DNA of 63,123 bases, the filler included, from Sphacelaria rigidula (lineage: Eukaryota), in NCBI GenBank assembly GCA_964200075.2. It is 5 parts of 5 records of this genome, joined end to end, with 100 filler letters (N's around TTAATTAATTAA, not from the genome) between each part and the next. Parts side by side here need not be neighbours in the genome. Positions count along the whole stretch, not along the records: positions 12,649 to 25,195 come from CAXNAA020003646.1; positions 25,296 to 37,839 come from CAXNAA020003647.1; 3 more parts are not named here. One strand, 5' to 3'. Shown piece by piece: positions 12,735 to 25,372 of this stretch; within the stretch, counting starts at the first letter, position 1, and each line of letters starts with the position of its first letter. The translations under genes were made by a program, and so were the position numbers. The notes beneath the pieces are model-generated. The model was not told where the DNA came from and did not search any database. It saw only the letters and a list, made by a program, of their open reading frames with translations.

Positions 12735-13610
12735 CGTCACAGGCTTCGTGTTGCTTGTTCAATCTTGGTCGGCATGCTATCGGTCTATGTAAATGATCGG
12801 TGCAACCGTCGCGAAATATTAGAAATATACTATTTTCCGCCTTCGACATGGGGTTGTTTTTACATCGCTCAAAGGTCATTTGACTCCTTGAGAGCCCACG
12901 GCTTTCTGTTCCGATATTCCGGCTTGACAGTCCCGCGGACATGTGGAGTATGGCGATGATATACATTCATGACACTCTTGTGGCCTCCGGCGCCACATCA
13001 GACATAATTTCGATTTTTTTTTTGGCATGTGGTAAGAGTAACAGCCCATCTACTGTATTCCGTCCTGTACTGTACCGACTATGACACAGGTATGTGCGTA
13101 GTAATGGCTCGGCGGGTCCAGACCACCCCCGTCCCATGTAGGCGTCGGATCTTTCATTCGAACAACTATCCCGAATCCCCCCAAAACATCCAGGCTAACT
13201 ATAGGGCACCTGCACGGCTGGGCGCTACCAGGATCACTTTTTCGATTTCGAGATGTCGATGGGATCTTCCTACTGTAGGGGTGTCGAAATCGACAGCGAT
13301 TGTGTTACTCTTCCGACATTACTACTCAGAGCCTTGGGCCACTCACAGCTCGAACAAAAATCGACTTCGATTTCAAATGTTTCTTCTTGTCAAGACACGT
13401 CCTGAGAGGCTAGCTTGACAACACACAACGAGATGTTAACGCCTAGCTCGCGCACTGCTGCAAATTCACTTTAGTTATATCATCCAATTCGTCGCACAGT
13501 CATGTCCTGAACTTTATTCGGCTCATCATTTTGATATATACATTTTATGACTACAAAAAATACTATTCGGATACCGTCTGGACCGCAGAAACGAAATTGC
13601 TAGGTATCGC

Positions 13611-13685
13611 GCCCCGGTAGCCTAATGGTATAGCTGACACCATTTATTTGGGGAAAATGCGGGTTTGATTCCCGCCAGATGCTTC
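13611..13685 (+). pseudogene. Degenerate tRNA-like sequence (possible SINE head)
   Basis: gccccggtagcctaatggta (A-box-like) followed by gcgggtttgattcccgc (T-arm/B-box-like); anticodon arm not recognisable. Confidence 0.4.
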
Positions 13686-13722
13686 AAGTTTTTTTTCAAG
13701 AAGTATTTCATTTCCATCGTTG

Positions 13723-14211
13723 AGGCCGCTCCTTATAACAGACAGAAGTAGAGATCTAGAATTGTGCCTTTTGGAGCTTCTACGTTGTTTCACGCCCTGC
13801 CCTTAAAGAGAGCTAGGCGGAGTTTGACACCTTGGAATGACTTGCTCTACTACAGTAGTTGAGGCGGTTCCAGGACACCTTCCCGTCCCCCGGTGGCCGC
13901 AGTTTTTATTTTGGCCAAAGAAGAATATTTGTCCAAGAACGGTCAAGTCCAGAGAAAAATGGCGTTTTTTTTCTAGATTTGACCATTTTTGACCGTTCTT
14001 GGACAGAAATTCTTCTTTGGCCAAAATAAAAACTGCGGCCACCGGAGAACGGGAAGGTGTCCTGGAACCGCCTCAACTACTGTAGTAGAGCAAGTCACTC
14101 CAAGGTGTCAAACTCCACCTAGCTCTCTTTAAGGGCGTAAAACGACATAAAAGCTGCAAACAGGCACATTTCCAGGTTTCTATTCTTCTTGTCTGTTACA
14201 AGGAGCGGCCT
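13723..14211. repeat. ~490-bp foldback (long inverted repeat) in the intron upstream of the dynein light chain exon
   Basis: Inner arms 13799-13946 and 13989-14136 are 148 bp with about 6 mismatches. More diverged ~75-bp outer arms run from aggccgctccttataacagaca to tgtctgttacaaggagcggcct. Confidence 0.95.
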
Positions 14212-14221
14212 AGACCGTGAG

Positions 14222-14410
14222 GATGTGAGTAGCAAAATAGTTTGTTTGACTACGTTCGTGTAACGAAAGTCGAACCGGCGGGGATGTGCTGATCCAACCG
14301 GCGATACAAAAATGTAAGGCGTGTGCCGGGGGAGAGATGGTTTGATTTCTTGAGACTACGGACTCGTCCCGAGGAAGAGGAGGGGTTGAAAGTGATATAA
14401 ATAGAAAAGA
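14222..14410 (+). repeat. Dispersed repeat; second copy at ~19884-20070
   Basis: gtgctgatccaaccggcgatacaaaaatgtaaggcgtgtgccgggg...tacggactcgtcccgag...gaggggttgaaagt matches gtgctgatccagcccgcgatatcaaattgcaaggcatgtaccgggg...tacggactcgtcccgag...gaggggttgcaagt. Confidence 0.75.
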
Positions 14411-14565
14411 AGAAGTTGTTGTTGGTGCTCACCTTTTTTTTGTCCAGATCTTCGCGCGCTGTGTGAACTTCATACCTATTCATCCGTCGAGGTGACCGCA
14501 TCCCAACGTGGCCCCCTATTGCACACGGCTTCATGAAAATGCCTGTTGCTGTTCGGTTCTCGCAG

Positions 14566-14677
14566 GTGGCACTGCTTCGTGGGCAGGAACTTTGGATGCT
14601 ACGTTACGCATGAACACACCAAGTTCATCTATCTTTATATCGGTCAACTGGGGGTGTGCTTGTTCTCAACGGCATGA
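14566..14677 (+). CDS. Dynein light chain, LC8/DYNLL type, terminal exon (5' part not found in the contig)
   Basis: After the acceptor ttctcgcag the frame reads [36 protein letters not shown], matching the LC8 C-terminal signature WHCIVGRNFGSYVTHE..HFIYFY.G. Absent from the ORF track. Confidence 0.9.
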
Positions 14678-16440
14678 CCCAACGAATGGGTAATGAGTAA
14701 AAACTATCCGATGCTGGGTAGCAATACGCGAGCTCCGTTTGCTGGTGTCACAACAGCACGTCTGAGACAGCGACAGAACAGTACTTGAGTATACCTCGCA
14801 AGTCGTAGAAACGTTGGCTACGGTGTACGGCGAACGGCCGGGGATCTTGCCGAACTCGACACTGCCATGAACCAACATCGCAGCCGCAGCGAGCGTCTGC
14901 CTCAGGTTTTGACTGACGAGATGCACGTGGACATGATATTGAGAGGGGAGTCTCCGTGAGCTTTTTTCCTGCGTGGGTAGCGAACAGCGTCTGCACCCGG
15001 TCGTAGTGAAGGAGAGGCGAGCGAACTACTGTGCACCCCATTATTGGTTATGTCAGAGGCGTCAGCGTAGAAGGTCGTGAGTGCTGACTGACCCTTGTAT
15101 AATCTGTGCAACGGTGCGAATCCTCCATATCCTACGTGATCCTACCGGGCAAGAAGCGGGGTCATCGAAGGGAATTGTCAGAGCTCGTTTGTACAATAGG
15201 TTGTGACAACTACTATGATCTTGATGTTTTGTAATGTTTTCATGTACACAAGCCTCGATTTTTCGCAACGCTGATCACGACAGAGTGCACCCACTTGCAC
15301 CCGAGGCCGTGCCCCATGGTGGTAGCAGGCAAGCGACTGACTTGGTTGACCGGCTAAAGCGTTTTCAGTCGTGCATGTTTCCCCTAGGTATTGCACTCAA
15401 AATGGTGGTGTGCATGGGTAGCAGAAGACTTGTTCAGACACCGAGATGATCCGAACAATACTAGGTCCAGCAAACGCAAAACATGAAGGTTATGATGGGA
15501 ATAAATTGTACATAAAGTCGATTTTTGCACTCTTGGACTTGCTGCGTTTTTAACTCTTGGAAAAATGAAATGACTTATGCCCTTTGGCTACAAAAGCCGG
15601 GAAGTGACCAACGGACTCTCGATATCCCTCTTCCTCAGGTTCGGCACAGTTCCCGAGATATAGTCTGCTTCGTCCTGTTCATCACCCGCGTTGCTGCATG
15701 TGCGAAAAACACGTACCACACCACCACTAGTAATCGACGATAGATACTGCGCTGTAAGCAGGTGCGTGTCGAAGCTCCCGCCAGTAGCATTATAGAGTAA
15801 TCTACGGATCAGGATATTTCGTGTGTCCCGAAAGCACATTGGAATTTTAGATGGCAGTAAACCCCTTGGCTGCTATCGTTATCGTGAGTTTAACTCTGCC
15901 GAAGTGACGGGTCGGCGTAGTTGCTACGGTACGCGTGCATGATTCTAGACAATACCATCGATCATGTCACCTAAACAAATCATATGATGAATTATTATGC
16001 TGCTACCGCAGCTACGTTGAGTACCCCAAACGTTTTTCTATGTGCAATGGCGGTTTCATTCGATGTCGTGGACTGCCGACAATACCATAGCTTCGTACGA
16101 AGCACCCGTCAAATCTTCCGTTCCAACAACGTTCATGCCCGAAAACTTACGCAGATTAATCATCTGCGATTCGGAGCTCATGCTGCTTTATCCCTCGTGT
16201 ATTATAGCAGTCGATGGAGTGGCGCCTACATCAAGGTGGTACGTTTCAGGAACTAACTGTAATATCGATATGCAACGCTTACTGCCCACTGGTGTTGTGA
16301 GCTCCTGTCTCTTCCCGCTGGTCACCCGAGGCAAACCGATCGGAGATACAGAAACCCTGACCGAGCCGTTGCCACTCGCTTCAGACAGACCAGGGGTTCG
16401 AATGTGTGCTATCGTCCCAACCCAGCAGTCACCGCTGCCG

Positions 16441-19400
16441 TCACGGCCTGACTCGTTTCGCTTTTCTTGTAGCAGCATTCTCGGTAAGGGTCACCGCGAG
16501 GCCCTGGATCGGATCCAAGAGCCCTGCCCCCTTGAAATCTGGTTGCCGCAGTTCATCCAGAAGAACCTATAAAACGATCGAAATTGAATATATGTGAATC
16601 AGAAGGTGCATGGGAGGAGGTGACCATGAAGCTCGTTCACTGGACCCCGAAACACATGCTCACAAGAAATATCTTCTTCGACCTTATCGAATCAGACTGG
16701 GAAGACGCACAAGCTGAGTTGAATGTCAGCATTTCACTCTAAGAAAAGTAGTGGCACCGGAGAATGGCGACACACAGAAGGGGGCGTGTTGTCGAGGAGG
16801 AACTACAAAACGCACGATGCACTTTAGGCAGAGGTTGAGCGTGGCAAGGAGTGGTTACTCCCTGGTATTATTGGTGGAGTGCCTCTAATCTCGGGCATCC
16901 GTAACGCATTCACCTGCTGAAACACTAGATTGGCCGCATTAAAGTCACAGCTCGGCCACGACAAGGAGAACACATCGTATACGCTCGACGAAAATTTCTC
17001 CCTATCCTGACGTATCCAACAGCTGCTTCAGTTTTTCGGTAGGATTTTTCCTTCACCTGTAAAGCACTAAAAACACGCCTCTCCGTTCGTAGTTTCACCG
17101 TCTTCCGACGTCCAAGATACCCGCGAAAGTTCGCCTGCAAAACAATCGCCGCGTTACGCTGGCGAGCTGTCTCGCGTATCCGGAGATTCGACAGAGTAGG
17201 ATATCTGGCTGCATGTCGCCGGTGTATTACCTGGTTAATATAGTATAAATCAACGATGGATTGTTGCCACCTTCAACTGCGGGGAAAATGCACACAACAA
17301 CGGTGGTTAGTATATCTCGTCCACTTGGCCAGGAGTTGAACAAAACAGTCGGGATGTGAAGCAGTACCATCAAGTTCAGAGACATGTGATCGAATCCCGC
17401 AAGTTGGGGAAAGTACCTTGTCCAGTAGCGCTTGCGTCTTGCGAGCTACCCTGTCTCCATTCTGAACCTCGAATTGTTCAGCAGCCTTCTTTCGCTGTGA
17501 TGGGCCCGTTTTAACCCTCTCCAGTAGTTCGGTAAATACACCATCCTACCGACAACAGGGCACAAACGTAACTATAAGCTCCAAAGCACGGCTTGCACGG
17601 CAATATGTATGACTACGGCACGCAGATGTGTCCCGAGCAAAGCAAGAGAGATTGCCAATACTCCCACTTTTCAGATACTGCTTTGTTTTGTAGAGAAGAG
17701 TACTTTGTGAGATGAAAAGTTGTAAAAAACAGAGGAGGTTAACGCAAAACTTTTCGGACGATGATCAACAGAGGTCGGTGCTTTTTGTTCCCCAGAGTCA
17801 TACGTGGAGAGCAATGACTTCGGCTATGGTGGTACAAACTGCACGCACCTCCTTCGTCGACCCTGCAGCCTGCTCGTCCTTCGTGGAAGCGTAAACGTAC
17901 CACCAAAGAGAAGCCTCGTCGTTGTCAAATTGACCATCATCCACTTTGCTAACGTGATCGATCTTGCCGCTGGTTGGCCAAGCGGGGCTAACGCGACGGA
18001 TATCGACAGGTGCACCGCAGCCAGTGTCCGCCGGCAGGCTGGTGCTCCACCACTTGGCGCCATGAGGGAGGGATAAAGTGGGCGGGTGAGGGTGTCGTGT
18101 TGGCGTTACAAAAGTTGCGTGCGACTGCAGCAGCTCCCCTCCCATATTCGCCATAACCTAGAACCACCGGTTCTTCATTGTAGAACTCAAAATCTCTCAA
18201 ACACCCTCCCTCTGAAACTCTATTTTCCAACATTTGTTTTGCTTTCACGAGGTAAAATGCACTATTTACCCATGCGAACATTCGGAGCGCATGAAACTGG
18301 CGGTAAGTAGGAGGGGGAAACACGACAGTAAGTTACTTACGATATACCCGCTCCCCCTGTTAGTGCGAGGAGGACTTTGACATGTTAAGCATAAAGAATG
18401 CATAAAAATACCGTGGGGGTGGTGACGAAATTTGTACCGAGAACCTATGAAAGGCCTACAAATGTGATGGCCCAGCCATCAGTGTCGTGTAATCATAGGT
18501 ATCCGCAGCTTCATCCGAATATACCTTTTTGCCGACGCCGTCAGCTGCTCTTGCTGCCAGGATGTGCGCCCTCTGAGCACACTCCCTTTGATCACAATCA
18601 TCCTCCAAATGCCACTTGTCCTTGTCCGAAGTTGCCCCCTTGTGTCGTTTGCCCTCGTCGTCTCGTGTTTGGAACCCTGTCACGAGTGGGTTGTCAAGTG
18701 CAGGTGGCTGCAAAAGCTGGTCTTGCAGCATTCTGAAATTCGCCAAACGTTGTTGTCGACGAGTCGCGGCAGCTTTTCGCTCAGGCTCGGAGCGATGCAA
18801 ATTATCCCGAAGGGTTGCTGCCTGGGTAGTGGAGATTGCGGCGATGAGAGAGAAACGGGTACTGGTCCTGCGTTATATTCCTCAAGTAAAGCAATACGAT
18901 GTAGCGCTGTCTAATGGTTAAGCGAGTAGAAAGCATGGTGTATCATGGCGTGTACAGGCTCTGTCGTCGGCAACTGAGTTTCTTCTCACGCCAGAGCGCT
19001 CACTTTATATTGACACTCCATGAGCGATTCACACGACATATCCCTTCCACGAGCCCTCCAGTCACTGCCGTCCATGTTTTGTAAAGCTTTGGCAGCATTT
19101 CCCTCTCTATTCTTGTTCCTATAGCGCTCGCTGTTTTGCTGTGTCGTGGCGACGCGTTGCCGAAGAGCTTCTAACGTAAGGCCTGGTGCCACACCTCGGC
19201 CGCTGATCAAACGAGGTGATCGATTTCGGTGCGGAAAAGCGGCGCAGAGGTTGAAATAGAGTGTGAAGGGTAGGATGCTCACACTTTGGTATCGGTTCAG
19301 AAGCATAGCGAAGTCTTTGAATAACTATATCGGAGACACTAGGATTATGGAAACCCGTTGAAAAGAATTCCTGCCTACCTTCGTTGCCATTTGATTTCGG

Positions 19401-22400
19401 GGGCCGTAATCTTTCTGTCAGAAGGAAGGCCGCCTTGCCAACAAACAGGCACTGGAGCTGTTGATGCGTCAGACCACTCTCGTCGGACATGCGGTCGAAA
19501 GTTTTTCGAATGGTGTCGCCACAATCGTTGGATGCGGGTGGCCATGATCTTTCCTCGGAGAGCGTCTATCGTCTGCAGATGGTGTGCCGGTGTACTGTGA
19601 AGCAGCAGCAGTTCCTATGGCAGAAATAAGCGATTGAGAGAACGCGTACATGTGACTTACATCAACAGCATCCTTTGAGAATTGCGGGGGTAATCAAAAC
19701 GTGACACCCAGAAAATATTTGGAAATAGTCCTATTTATACCGCAAGGCCGCCGCGCCCGCCCCGGTGATCTGATGATATAATTAAAATCAGGAGGCCTGA
19801 AAAATGCAGATTCGATTTCCGGCAGATATATTTGGGTATGTTGTGGAAACCTCCATATCCGATTTCCGTCATTGACAATGCAAGAACGTGAGCAGCAAAG
19901 GAGTACAGTTGACGAAATTGAACGTTGTGCGGGGGTGCTGATCCAGCCCGCGATATCAAATTGCAAGGCATGTACCGGGGGTGCGATGAATAGATTCCTG
20001 GAGAACATTAGAGTACGGACTCGTCCCGAGAAAGGGGAGGGGTTGCAAGTAAGCCAGCGAAGAAAAAAACTAAATGCGGTGTCATCTAAGACGCCTTAAA
20101 ACAATGCCACAGGATGCTCTGGATATCTACACACCTGCTTCATCGATGCCATCCTTGAACGCCGTTCGCGAGCCCGTCGTTCGTGGATTCCCGCTCGCTT
20201 TACTCTGGCCGATGTGCCAAGATACACTCTGCGGTCTCGATGTCCTCTAAACGTCGCCTGGATGACCATCGCGGCTCGGCGTCGCAGTCGAAGTCCCCGA
20301 CGTACAGTACGACCGCGAAATGCACTCTGGATTGCTGTCGTTGCTCGCGATATGAGGGGTTCTGCATTCGACAGCGACAGGCCATTAACTCTGACTTGAG
20401 GAGATTGGCCAGTGATTCGACGCCCCCCGACGGCACCTGACAGTCCCTTCTCCCGTCGACGTCGAGCAATCTGCCGCGCTCTCTCCCGTCGTATGTTAGC
20501 CTTGTCCAGCAACTCTCGCGACTGTGCCATCGACACTACCATCGGGCCCGTCGTGTCCCCTTCTTTTGGGAGCTGCATCTCCTTTTCCGTCTCGATGACT
20601 TCGTTGTGATCTGAGATAACCGCTTGACTAGCCCGAACATCTCCGATCGCCCGACGAGTACTGTCTCCAGCCTCCTCGCCCTTTCCGTTGCCATCGGCAT
20701 GCGTTCCAAGCGCTTCTGGGCGTGTACCCACTGAGCTACCCCGCCTTGAACCGGGCACAACCGCGGAGGCTTCGGGCAGGTGTTTCGTCACCGCATGCAG
20801 AGGGCGGTGACTGTCTGATTCAGAGTCCGAGCGGGAAAAATCTGAGACAACATCCGTCACGGTCCGCAAAGAAGCGACCACGGGGGCATCTTGTTCTGTG
20901 CTACAGGGTGGTTCCTCACCACTTGGCGCGACAGCAGTTGTCTCCAGATCGAGTGTTGTAGCGTTGCCGTGCACTTGGCCTGGATGAAGACACTCGTCCG
21001 TTTCTGCTCCGGGCATTCTTGCACCAATTGGGGAGCGGGAGCTAGTTCTCTCCCCACCCACGTCCTCTCCTTCGGTCGCTGAAACCGTTGTATTGTCTTC
21101 TGAATTCATTTTCGGTTCCGGTGCCTCTTTATCTAAACCAGCCGTTGAACCCTGTTCGACATGTTCTTCGTTGTCCGTATACCGATTAGACTTAACTGAT
21201 ACGGGAGATGCAGGTCCACTGCCAGCTATTGGTTTCGAGTCCAGTTCCTCTTCTTGCTCGGCAGCGAGCTGCTTCCGATCTTGAAGCCTGCCGAGTTCGT
21301 CTTTGGCGACGTTCACGCCCACATTGATCGGGGCGTTGTGCGCTTCTCGCGCACTCGATTTTCGTGTCACTAAAAACGCAGCGGTAGATTTTCTTTTCGT
21401 CGAAGATCGATTTTCACTATCAATATGTGCTCCTGGGGAATCGGAAGTCGTGCCGCTTGTCGTGGTCACAATCTCTGACTCGACCTCTCCCCCAGTGGTT
21501 CTGTGATCAACCAGACCAATGTCTTCGTTTTCACAAGTTCTATCGACAAGATCGCGCGCCTGAAGTTCGGAGCGCATTACTTCGATCTTGATTCGACCCT
21601 GCCTCTGTTTTTTACGGTTCAGATCGATCCAGATGGCACCACGATCAATGATTCCTCCTAGCTTGACCTCCGCTGAGCCGACAGCGACATCCTCCTGTCG
21701 TCCTACACTCACTTGATTCCATACCTGCAACTTCACGACCGGGCCCTCGTTTTCCCCTTGTCCCCATCCCGCGGCACGGAGGTTAGCGAGCGGGACGAGT
21801 AAATTCACCGGTTCTCCGGCCAAGCCTGGCCATTGGCACTTACAACCGCCATCTTGTACAGCAGAGGTTGCGCCGTGTACTCCGCAAATACTCAAGGTAA
21901 CGTATGGGTTCTGTGTAGCAATCTTCTTCGCCCTCCCGAAAGTGGTCTTGGACACTGCAGAAAGCGCGTCTGCTTCTTTCACCAAGATCACGAAGTTTGC
22001 CGTAGGTGCTGGTGTGGGAGCTGTATCATCCACTCGTCCCTCGTCGTCCACGCTAGCGACGTGGCAATTTCCCACATCTTCTGCATCGTGCGCACCCTCG
22101 CGACCGCTTATGGGACCAATGTCCGTGGTACCGCCCACAGTGTTGTTCTCTGAATCTGACAGAAGTTGTGTCACGTGTTCCTCCTCAACCGTGTCCCGCT
22201 GTAGCTTGTTGGATACTGAACCGAGATTCAGGACCGGCACTCCAGCCCCGTGCCTGTCATCTGTAGAGCATCTGGCCTTCCCATGGTCGCCTTGCGTGTC
22301 GTCGACGCCCGAGTTGGTACAAGATGTAGACGAGCGCAAATTTGGGTCTTCTCGAGGTTCGTTCTCCGCTATCGTGATTAGTGCACTTGTGGTATTCGCA

Positions 22401-24963
22401 TCTTGTAGGTCCCACTTGTCGTGGGGCTCCTCATGCTTTCCGTTCGGATTCTCGGTATTGTCGGCGATACTCTCCGTCTTTGTTGCCATCACGTCCTCTT
22501 TGAAATCCGCGCTCTCCTCGTTCCCTTGTGCATGATCAACCTGATTCAGCCTCCGTGCATTGTACTCTTTCTCACTCTCTTTGCGTGGATTCTTTTCGGT
22601 GACACTGAATTTCACGCGACCTCCTCGATTTCCTTTCGTATCGAGGTTAGCCCAGGCTGCCTTGCGGTCGAGCCAGTGGTCCAAAGACACCTCTGTTGCT
22701 CCGAGCAGAACGTCACGTTTTCTATTTTTGCTCTCTTCATTCCACACCTCCACTGAAAATCTCACGCCTCTGCTCTCATCCTCTTGAAGGGTCTCTGGAG
22801 CGAGGGATATCTCCATCGTTTCTCCTTCATTTTTTTGTCCCCATCTACACGCGTGATCTTTGCACTGCACGCTTGTTGTCTCCACCGTTTGATCGCACAT
22901 TTTCACTCTGACGTATGGGGTCGGGCTTACCGTAGTCTTCGGTCGATTGAAAAAGCCCTTCGCAAGATTTTCTGGTATTTCCCTTGCCTGGAATACTGTG
23001 ACAAGTATGATACTGCAAACTGAGGACAGATTTGCCGTGTCCTCGTGACGCTCGTCGGAACCGGCTTTATCCGACTCAGCGGTATGCTTGTTCAGAGATG
23101 CATTGTGCGCTGCATCTATTTCGGGTTCATGCACGAGCATCGGGTTGCTGGCACCCTCAGGGTCGTTAGTGTCTTGTTGAAGTGAAGTCGCATCTCGTTC
23201 GCCATCCTTGAGTACGGTTCGCTTGAAACTCTTCAGCGTGGATGTGAACGTTGGAGAGGACAACGTTGTCTTGAGTAGCGACGAAGTTGCCGCCTTCAAC
23301 GATACTGCCAGAGAGCGGGATGCGCTTGCATCTGGAGCGTCTGTGGGCATCTCAGGTTCAGCTTCAGGAGCTTTATCTTCATGTTGCTGCTGTGTCTTCT
23401 CCCCTTCCTTGTTGCCTCCCTCACGATTGCCCGTGACTACTCGAAGAAGCGACCGTAATGGGGAAGAAGTGTCCTGAAGATTATTATTCTTGCCCGGGAC
23501 GTCGGTAGGATCAGCCTCGCCTGCATAATTCCCTACTTTGAGCATGTCGTCTCGCTTCTGGTTGGCAATCAAGCTATCTGTATTTTCGTGACCCTCAACA
23601 TCCGGGATAGCGTTTTTTCCCCCTGCCGCAACTATCATAGATGGTTCGTTGGTTGAAGAGCTGCCGTGAGAGAATGAATGTGTGTTTTCTTGCGGAAGCG
23701 ACGCGTCAGAAGCGCCGTCCTGGACTGGAAGCTCAGACTCGCCCGCTTTTTTCGAAGCTGCCGTCTTTGGCTCCCCTTCGTCTTGGCGTTCGGAGCCGTC
23801 ATGAGTTGTGTCGATCGCACGAGACACCTTGGTTCGCAACCCATCCTTCAGCGACTGCATACCATGACGTGACCCAAGTATCCCTACCAAACCATGCCGA
23901 GATTTCTCTTGAGTATCGATATCTGCCAAGGATGACCGACCGCTATTCTCCACTTCAGGATAATCATGCGGTTGGCTGGCGTGCTGTGGACCAGTCACGG
24001 CAAGGTTTTGCGCCTGTTTACGCGTACTCTTCACAGAGGAACGACCTATAGGAGCTGGTTTTGCCCCAGTAGCCCCTGTCGTCTCGCGCTGCCTTGCTTT
24101 CAAGGCAGCAGCCCGAGTTGCCTGTAGGCTGGCGTTGATGGTCCCTCTAATATCCGGCACACGCGATATACCCCACTTGGGCGAACGAGTTTTCTGCGTC
24201 TCATCTCCTTCAAGTAGAGTACTAGTAGTGACGATACTGTCACCTTCCTGCATCTCATCCGCAGGGTTATCTGCTCCCCCAACTCCCACGTGTGACTCAT
24301 CATCTCTAGCTGGCTTTCCTATACGATCGGATAACGGAGCACTCTGCTCATGTGTATCGCAGCTTTTTTGTCGGTCAAGGATATTCCGTTCTGCTGGGCC
24401 CTCACCAGGTGGAGGGTGGCCGGTCGCCATAGCCACGGAAACGTGAATCACCCCCTTCGATTTACCGCCAAGTGAGAGCGGCATTGGAGTGAATCGCGTA
24501 GTGCCTCCTTCGCACGGACCTCTGGCGCTTAACAGTTCATGCAACGGTCTCTCTCCAACACCGACCAGGGAATCTTTCCCACCTCTGTCCGTCCGGTCAC
24601 TCCAAACTTCTACATGCAGCATGCCCTCCAAGGGGTCATTTCCAGCGTTCATCGGCAGGAATAAGACTTCTCCGTCGCTACCATCTGCCCCCCAATGGCA
24701 CCCCGCCGCACTGCTAGATACCGATGTGGTAATCGCAGAGGCAAATGCTTGTCCTTCGATGCGAGATGAGGCGCTAGCATGGAAACAACAGCGAGGTGCT
24801 CCTTCGTCTTTTTTCGCTCTGCCAAATAGCGTTTTCATGGTCGGCTCGGGCAGATTTTCTGCGCGAGATATGGTCACCATGAATCCCACAGTCTCACGTT
24901 CGTCACGGCTTGGATTAGCAGCTGACTGTGCAAGGCCTCCTCGTAGATTTTCAATTTCATCGC
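16441..24963 (-). CDS. Large protein with three C2 domains and four IQ calmodulin-binding motifs (>2080 aa, 5' partial)
   Basis: Minus-strand exons 24963-20135, 19572-19379, 19202-19004, 18821-18525, 18157-17849, 17545-17417, 17230-17057, 16566-16441, all GT-AG with compatible phases. C2-like blocks: VTISRAENLP...LHVEVWSD...SLVG, VTVFQAREIP...PYVRVK...SVEVWNE...DVLLG, ILVKEADAL...NPYVTLS...KLQVWNQ...DVAVG. IQ motifs: IQSAFRGRTVRR, IQATFRGHRDRR, IQRLWR, LQANFRGYLGRR. Confidence 0.88.
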
Positions 24964-25195
24964 CTAAACGGCGCACGGGAATTTCGAGGATCCGGAAACA
25001 GGATGAGGGAAGCAACCAACAGGCTTACTGACCACAACGGGGCCCTAACAACGGCAGTGTCAAGTTCAGCTATTACATTGACAACAAAGACGACTCATGG
25101 TCGTTGTCCCCCGACTATGCGTACACCAACAGATCGGAATGAGCGCTGGAATGTTGAAGGTGGCTCTATTAGGAGTAGGAACGGTGCTCCGTCTC

Positions 25196-25295
25196 NNNNN
25201 NNNNNNNNNNNNNNNNNNNNNNNNNNNNNNNNNNNNNNNTTAATTAATTAANNNNNNNNNNNNNNNNNNNNNNNNNNNNNNNNNNNNNNNNNNNN
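25196..25295. other. Artificial contig linker
   Basis: N44-TTAATTAATTAA-N44. Confidence 0.99.
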
Positions 25296-25372
25296 GTTGG
25301 GGGCGCGTCGTAATTTTGTGCTTGCCTTAGTCATTTGACCATTGACCACGCATCCCTTTCGAGACGGAGCAT
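25296..25372 (-). repeat. Solo ~80-bp terminal module of the C-tailed element
   Basis: Reverse complement reads gctccgtctcgaaagggatgcgtggtcaatggtcaaatgactaaggcaagcac...gcgccccc. Confidence 0.85.

Noticed and set aside
20183-25031. Many plus-strand ORFs overlapping the giant exon
   Set aside because: Antisense shadows of the long coding exon, with no independent motifs.
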